DNA of 64,000 nucleotides, taken from positions 26,027-90,026 of the forward strand of contig JBMOOP010000110.1 of NCBI GenBank assembly GCA_049324495.1. Direction: 5' to 3'. This document shows, one piece after another, positions 59,389-64,000 of this stretch; position 1 is the first letter of the stretch; the number at the start of each line of letters is the position of its first letter. The translations under genes were made by a program, and so were the position numbers. Below the pieces are notes generated by a model, which ran no database searches, was not told the DNA's origin, and was given only the letters and a program-made list of their open reading frames with translations. The DNA comes from Pseudomonadota bacterium. GTDB lineage: Bacteria; Pseudomonadota; Gammaproteobacteria; Pseudomonadales; JADFDG01.

Positions 59389-60803
59389 GCATGTACACGA
59401 ATGCCGGGGTCACGCGTACGCTGCAGGACGTCGCGCTAATTTTCTGCCTGTCGCTGTTGGGGCTGCTGTGGTTGATTGCCAACCCGGGGTACTACAGCCA
59501 CGACGAATTGCAAAAGCTCGATCATGTCGTCCGCTATGGCTTCCAGGAATACCTGAAAGCGTATGTCGTTATCGTCCAAGGCAGTGAGTTTGGCACGCCG
59601 GTGCGGCCGTTCGCCTTCTTCATTCAGGGTGTACTCGCGCTGGGGATGAGGGATTTCCCTTTCCTGGTCCATCTGTTCGACGTGCTCACCCACGCGGCGG
59701 TTGCGGCGCTGGTTTACCTGGCATTGCGGCGGTTCGCCGTCGAACGGCGCGTGGCGCTGGTGGCTGCCGCCGGTTTTGCGCTGAGCCCCATGGCCGTCAT
59801 TGCGGCCGGCTGGTCTGCGGCACTGATGGATCGCTGGTATGTCCTGTTCGGTTTGCTGGCGCTGCTTGCCGTCGAGCGCTTCCTGAGCGGCACACAACAA
59901 AAGCGCTATCTCGTCCTGCTGTTCCTTTGGGCGTCGCTCGCGATCCTGTCCAAGGAAACGGCGATCATGCTGGCCGGGACGATGATGATCTTCATCCTGA
60001 TACGTCCGCAGATCCTGAGGGAACGGAAGTTCTGGGTCGCGCTGGCAGTGTTCGCGCTCCCTGCGCTGCTGTATCTGTTGTATCGCTTGCCGGCCATCGT
60101 TTCCTCGTTCGGCAATCCGGCCGGAGGCGCCTACAAGGCATCGACGGGCAACCTGCCGGAAGGGATCGTCCTCTATCTCGCCTATCCCTTTCTCTATTCG
60201 GTGACGGAGGCAATCAACTGGGTGTTCGTCCCGAAGTTCTGGGTGGGCGTGGCAGTCGCTGCGAACCTTGCCATCCCGCTATTGCTGTGGCGCCTGAAGA
60301 GTGCACGGTTCGCGCTCGGTTATGTCTTTTTCTATTTTCTGTTCCTGCTGCCGGTCCTATTGATCCCGAACCGGGGAGCACATTACCTGTATGGGTCGTC
60401 GATCGTGGTTTGTGTCGCGCTGGCATGCCTGCTCTGCGATCGGGCATCGTGGTTCAGTCCGCACCGTATCGCTGCCCTCGGCCTAGCCGCCGTTTTGCTG
60501 GTGCACACCGTTTACCTGCAGGTATTTGTATATTCGATCGGGTCATGCATGGACTCGGCGATGACTGGCGTCGAAGCGAGCTATCTTGGCATCGACAGGC
60601 CTTCTGCGCTCGAGTTGCGCGCGGAGCCCGGTGCTCCTGGCCATGTTCTTCACCGGTTCACCACCGGGCGCGAGCAGATCGGAGAAAACTATCCGGTGAA
60701 GATGACGGTCGCTGAATGGGATGCACCGTCTGACGGCGCGACGCCGGTTCTGATCATGGACAGGCAGTGTCGGGTTTTTGCCCGCCTTGCACCGAAGCGA
60801 TAG
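59385..60803 (+). CDS. GT-C-fold (ArnT/PMT/GtrC-like) polytopic membrane glycosyltransferase
   Basis: Multiple TM helices. First-loop acidic motif YYSHDELQKLD. ATGA overlap with the acyltransferase gene. Follows the GtrA/GtrB-like pair. Confidence 0.6.
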   Translation: MSMYTNAGVTRTLQDVALIFCLSLLGLLWLIANPGYYSHDELQKLDHVVRYGFQEYLKAYVVIVQGSEFGTPVRPFAFFIQGVLALGMRDFPFLVHLFDVLTHAAVAALVYLALRRFAVERRVALVAAAGFALSPMAVIAAGWSAALMDRWYVLFGLLALLAVERFLSGTQQKRYLVLLFLWASLAILSKETAIMLAGTMMIFILIRPQILRERKFWVALAVFALPALLYLLYRLPAIVSSFGNPAGGAYKASTGNLPEGIVLYLAYPFLYSVTEAINWVFVPKFWVGVAVAANLAIPLLLWRLKSARFALGYVFFYFLFLLPVLLIPNRGAHYLYGSSIVVCVALACLLCDRASWFSPHRIAALGLAAVLLVHTVYLQVFVYSIGSCMDSAMTGVEASYLGIDRPSALELRAEPGAPGHVLHRFTTGREQIGENYPVKMTVAEWDAPSDGATPVLIMDRQCRVFARLAPKR

Positions 60804-60870
60804 GTTTCGCTCAGTGCGAGGCGGCCGTGAGGACGCTGGATTCCAGACAGGCGAGAAGCGAGAATTAATC

Positions 60871-61977
60871 GTGAACAAGGTTTCCAAGATTCTGTGCGTC
60901 GTCGGCACCCGCCCCGAAGCCATCAAAATGGCCCCGGTCATTCTCGCGCTAAAAAAAGAGCCCTGGGCGGAGGTGCGCGTGCTGGCCACGGCGCAGCATC
61001 GCCACATGCTCGACCAGGTGCTGAAGTTTTTCGATATCGAGCCGGACATCGACCTCGACATCATGAAGCCGAACCAGGCGCTGACGACACTGACGGCGCG
61101 CCTGCTGCTCGATCTTGACGATGTGCTGACCGCCGAAAAGCCGGACGTGGTCCTGGTGCAGGGCGATACCACCACCGTCATGACCGCGGCGCTTGCGTCT
61201 TTCTATCACCGCATCCCGATCGGCCACGTCGAGGCCGGGCTGCGTACCGGCGATATGCAGAATCCCTTTCCGGAAGAAGCCAATCGCGTGATTTCCGGTC
61301 GGTTGGCACGCTGGCATTTTGCGCCGACGGAAAGTTCGCGACAGAACCTCCTGCGCGAAGGCGTTGCCGATACCGCCATCGTTGTTACCGGCAATACCGT
61401 CATCGATGCGCTGCTGATGACGGCGTCGCGCGAGCTCACGCTCGATGTCCCGCTGGTTCCGGACAGGCGAATGGTGCTGATCACGGCGCACCGGCGCGAA
61501 AATTTCGGCGAGCCATTCCGCAACATCTGCCGGGCGCTGCACGATCTCGCTGCTCGCAACCCGGATGTGCAGTTTCTGTATCCGGTACATCCGAATCCGA
61601 ACGTCAAGGACGTGGCGCACGAGATGCTGGGCAAGTGCGCCAACTTCATGTTGTGCGATCCGCTCGACTACGCGCCATTCATCGCCGCCATGAAGCGCGC
61701 GCACTTCATCATCAGTGATTCCGGTGGCGTGCAGGAAGAAGCACCGGCGCTGGGCAAGCCGGTGCTGGTGCTGCGCGAGGAAACAGAACGGCCGGAAGCC
61801 GTGGATGCCGGCGTCGTGAAACTGGTGGGGTCCGATTACCAGCGCATCATGACCGAAGCGCAACGGCTGCTCGACGACGACGTTGCGTACCGGGCGATGG
61901 CTCGCGGTGTTTCACCCTACGGCGACGGCCATGGTGCCGAACGCATCGCCAAGGTATTGCGAGAGCATTTTTCTTGA
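60871..61977 (+). CDS. wecB: UDP-N-acetylglucosamine 2-epimerase (non-hydrolysing)
   Basis: KILCVVGTRPEAIKMAPV, HVEAGLRT, DSGGVQEEAP. GTG 60871 start inferred. Confidence 0.9.
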   Translation: MNKVSKILCVVGTRPEAIKMAPVILALKKEPWAEVRVLATAQHRHMLDQVLKFFDIEPDIDLDIMKPNQALTTLTARLLLDLDDVLTAEKPDVVLVQGDTTTVMTAALASFYHRIPIGHVEAGLRTGDMQNPFPEEANRVISGRLARWHFAPTESSRQNLLREGVADTAIVVTGNTVIDALLMTASRELTLDVPLVPDRRMVLITAHRRENFGEPFRNICRALHDLAARNPDVQFLYPVHPNPNVKDVAHEMLGKCANFMLCDPLDYAPFIAAMKRAHFIISDSGGVQEEAPALGKPVLVLREETERPEAVDAGVVKLVGSDYQRIMTEAQRLLDDDVAYRAMARGVSPYGDGHGAERIAKVLREHFS

Positions 61978-63083
61978 GGCGACTGGTTTATCTTTCGCCG
62001 GTTCCGTGGGCGAGCTACGCCCAGCGTCCGCATCACTTCGTGAGATGGTTTCGCGCGCGCACCCGCGGCGAGGTGCTGTGGGTGGATCCGTACCCGACGC
62101 GTTTGCCGACGGCCGCTGACTGGCGACGGGTTGGTCGCGCCGATGAGCCTGTCGATATCGTTGTGCCCGATTGGCTGCGCCTCGTCCGGCCCAGGGCGCT
62201 CCCGATCGAACCATTGCCCGGCTCGACCTTCATCAATCGCCCGTTGTGGTGCAATACCCTGGAGCGTGCCAGCGATTTTCTGGCGGCGGGCGATGCCGTC
62301 ATCTGCATCGGCAAGCCATCCGCGCTCGCGCTGGATGTGTTGCGCGGCGCGGCAGGCGTGCCGGCAGTCTATGACGCGATGGACGATTTTCCGGCGTTCT
62401 ATTCGGGATTGTCGAAGGTATCGATGCGCAGGCGTGAGGGGACAATCCTCGCGCAGGTTTCCCGGGTGCTGGTTTCTTCGACTGCGCTGGCGGGGCGTTT
62501 CGCTGCGCAAGATATCGAGGCGACGCTGGCACTCAATGCCTGCGCGACCGATACGCTACCGCCGGTCGCGGCTCTGCCGCCACGACCGGCGAAAGAGGTG
62601 ATTGGTTACGTGGGTACCATTGGCGCCTGGTTTGACTGGGAATTGGTGACGAGAATCGCAAAAGAGAACCCGCAGGCTCAGCTCAGGTTGATCGGGCCGC
62701 TGTATCTGCCACCGCCAGGCGCCTTGCCGGCAAACGTGTCGCTGGTGCCGGCTTGCGATCATGCAGCGGCGATCCGCGCCATGACGGAATTTTCTGTGGG
62801 CTTGATTCCTTTCCGTCTGACGCCGCTGACGGCATCGGTCGACCCGATAAAATATTACGAGTACCGGGCGCTCGGGTTGCCAGTAGCCTCGACGCGATTT
62901 GGTGAGATGGCGCTGCGCGGGCAAAATGACGGTGTACTTTTGATTGGGGCAGAAGATGAGTTGTCCAATCTGGTAAGGGTAGCGAGTCATCTTGTGCCTA
63001 CGCACGCACAGCAGCTGGAGTTCCGCACGAAGAATTCCTGGGAGGCTCGCTTCGATGCAGCCGGTATTATCGGCGGACTGTGA
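61974..63083 (+). CDS. GT4-like (TuaH-like) glycosyltransferase, paralog of the third module of the 53422 protein
   Basis: VIGYVGTIGAWFDWELV and LIPFRLTPLTASVDPIKYYEYRALGLPVA align with VIGYYGAIAEWFDIELV and LLPFRVIPLTLATNPVKVYEYLSAGKPVV. TTG start overlaps the wecB TGA. Confidence 0.8.
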   Translation: MRRLVYLSPVPWASYAQRPHHFVRWFRARTRGEVLWVDPYPTRLPTAADWRRVGRADEPVDIVVPDWLRLVRPRALPIEPLPGSTFINRPLWCNTLERASDFLAAGDAVICIGKPSALALDVLRGAAGVPAVYDAMDDFPAFYSGLSKVSMRRREGTILAQVSRVLVSSTALAGRFAAQDIEATLALNACATDTLPPVAALPPRPAKEVIGYVGTIGAWFDWELVTRIAKENPQAQLRLIGPLYLPPPGALPANVSLVPACDHAAAIRAMTEFSVGLIPFRLTPLTASVDPIKYYEYRALGLPVASTRFGEMALRGQNDGVLLIGAEDELSNLVRVASHLVPTHAQQLEFRTKNSWEARFDAAGIIGGL

Positions 63084-63966
63084 CATCATCATCGTCAACC
63101 ACAATGCCGGCGCCTTGCTCGCCCGCTGTGTCGGTGCCGTACAGGGTGTCGCATCACGGATTATCGTCGTCGACAATGACTCGCAGGACGACAGCCTGGC
63201 GTTGTTGCAACAGGCAGTGCCGCAGAACGAGCGGCTGCAACTAATCCGCACCGGCCGCAATCTCGGCTTTTCCGCCGGCTGCAACATCGGCATTGCCGCA
63301 TCAACGGCGAATCACCTGCTGTTCCTGAATCCGGATTGCGTCATGCAACCTGGTTCGCTGCAGCGCCTGCTTGCCGTGTTGCAACATGATGCAACGCTCG
63401 GCATGGTCGGCGGGCTGCTGACCAACCCGGACGGCACCGAGCAAGCCGGCGGCCGGCGTTCGGTGCCAACACCTTGGCGATCCTTGGTGCGGGTTCTTGG
63501 CCTTGCACATTTTTCGTCACGCTGGCCGGCATTATTTCCCGATTTCAACCTGCACGAGCAGCCTCTGCCTGCGGAGCCGGTCGAAGTGGAAGCAATTTCC
63601 GGTGCACTCATGCTGGTTCGCCGCCAGGCGATGGAAGATGTCGGTCTGTGGGATGAGGGCTACTTTCTACACTGCGAAGATCTCGATTGGTGCATGCGCT
63701 TTCGCCAGAGTGGCTGGAAAATTTTTTTTGTTCCGGATGCGCCGGTTGTGCACGAGCAGGGTGCATGCAGCAGGGCACGACCGGTATTTGTCGAATGGCA
63801 CAAGCATCGCGGCATGATGCGTTTCTACGGCAAGTTTTTCCGCAATCAATATCCGGGCGTGCTGGGCTGGCTGATCAATCTCGCGGTGTGGCTGCGCTTT
63901 GCTGCCGTGGTGTTGCGCATACAGGCCCGTAAGCTGTTGCCGGGTGCGAAGGTTACGCATGAGTGA
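63055..63966 (+). CDS. GT2 glycosyltransferase (rhamnosyltransferase-like)
   Basis: CDIIIVNHNAG...VVDNDSQDDS...LNPDC...CEDLDWCMR. Confidence 0.85.
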   Translation: MQPVLSADCDIIIVNHNAGALLARCVGAVQGVASRIIVVDNDSQDDSLALLQQAVPQNERLQLIRTGRNLGFSAGCNIGIAASTANHLLFLNPDCVMQPGSLQRLLAVLQHDATLGMVGGLLTNPDGTEQAGGRRSVPTPWRSLVRVLGLAHFSSRWPALFPDFNLHEQPLPAEPVEVEAISGALMLVRRQAMEDVGLWDEGYFLHCEDLDWCMRFRQSGWKIFFVPDAPVVHEQGACSRARPVFVEWHKHRGMMRFYGKFFRNQYPGVLGWLINLAVWLRFAAVVLRIQARKLLPGAKVTHE

Positions 63967-64000
63967 GCGCGTCGTCGGCATCATCGGCGCCAGCAGTCTG
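63959..64000 (+). CDS. 5' end of a further gene (MSERVVGIIGASSL..., possible Rossmann-fold start), truncated by the window
   Basis: ATG 63959 overlaps the upstream stop (ATGAGTGA). Only 14 codons are visible. Confidence 0.35.
   Translation, partial: MSERVVGIIGASSL

Overview
High-GC proteobacterial chromosome segment, about 60 protein-coding genes. Gene order closely parallels Pseudomonas aeruginosa loci recalled from memory: pyrC'-pyrB-ruvX-tonB-gshB / pilGHIJK-chpABC, rsmE-bioA, and metK-regulator / tkt-gap-pgk-fba. All family calls rest on motifs and remembered homologs; no database search was possible.

Layout:
- 1-3.9 kb: envelope module of unknown function (SH3/beta-barrel, beta-barrel, TlpA redoxin, DUF4266-like lipopeptide, DUF3570-like barrel).
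- 4-8.7 kb: pyrimidine, ruvX, TonB-like and gshB genes.
- 9-21.8 kb: complete Pil-Chp chemosensory cluster with a 2230-aa ChpA.
- 23.4-30.2 kb: six-gene SAM/SAH operon headed by a SahR-like ArsR-methyltransferase regulator, with a 36-bp palindromic operator.
- 30.2-32.7 kb: small non-syntenic islet (lipoprotein, decayed vapBC, orphan 484-aa protein).
- 32.7-43.3 kb: central carbon genes (maeB, tkt, gap/epd, pgk, fba) plus a hydrolase and dgt.
- 43.4-47.6 kb: LpoB/YcfL lipoprotein operon and an OM barrel.
- 47.7-50.4 kb: divergent serA / FAD-oxidase pair.
- 50.4-64 kb: ABC-transporter-dependent polysaccharide (O-antigen-like) locus.

The most interesting object is a 1172-aa protein (53422-56940). 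It fuses a SAM-methyltransferase, a long heptad coiled coil and two glycosyltransferase domains. The coiled coil is built from 3x84-bp and 9x21-bp tandem repeats, seven of the latter near-identical. The gene sits next to wzm/wzt (Wzt carries a C-terminal extension) and a sulfotransferase. I read it as a candidate one-polypeptide polymerase / molecular-ruler / chain-terminator whose ruler length could vary by repeat slippage.

I recognised no rRNA, tRNA, CRISPR array, transposase or integrase. Start codons are inferred from RBS, overlap and signal-peptide logic and may be off by a few codons.
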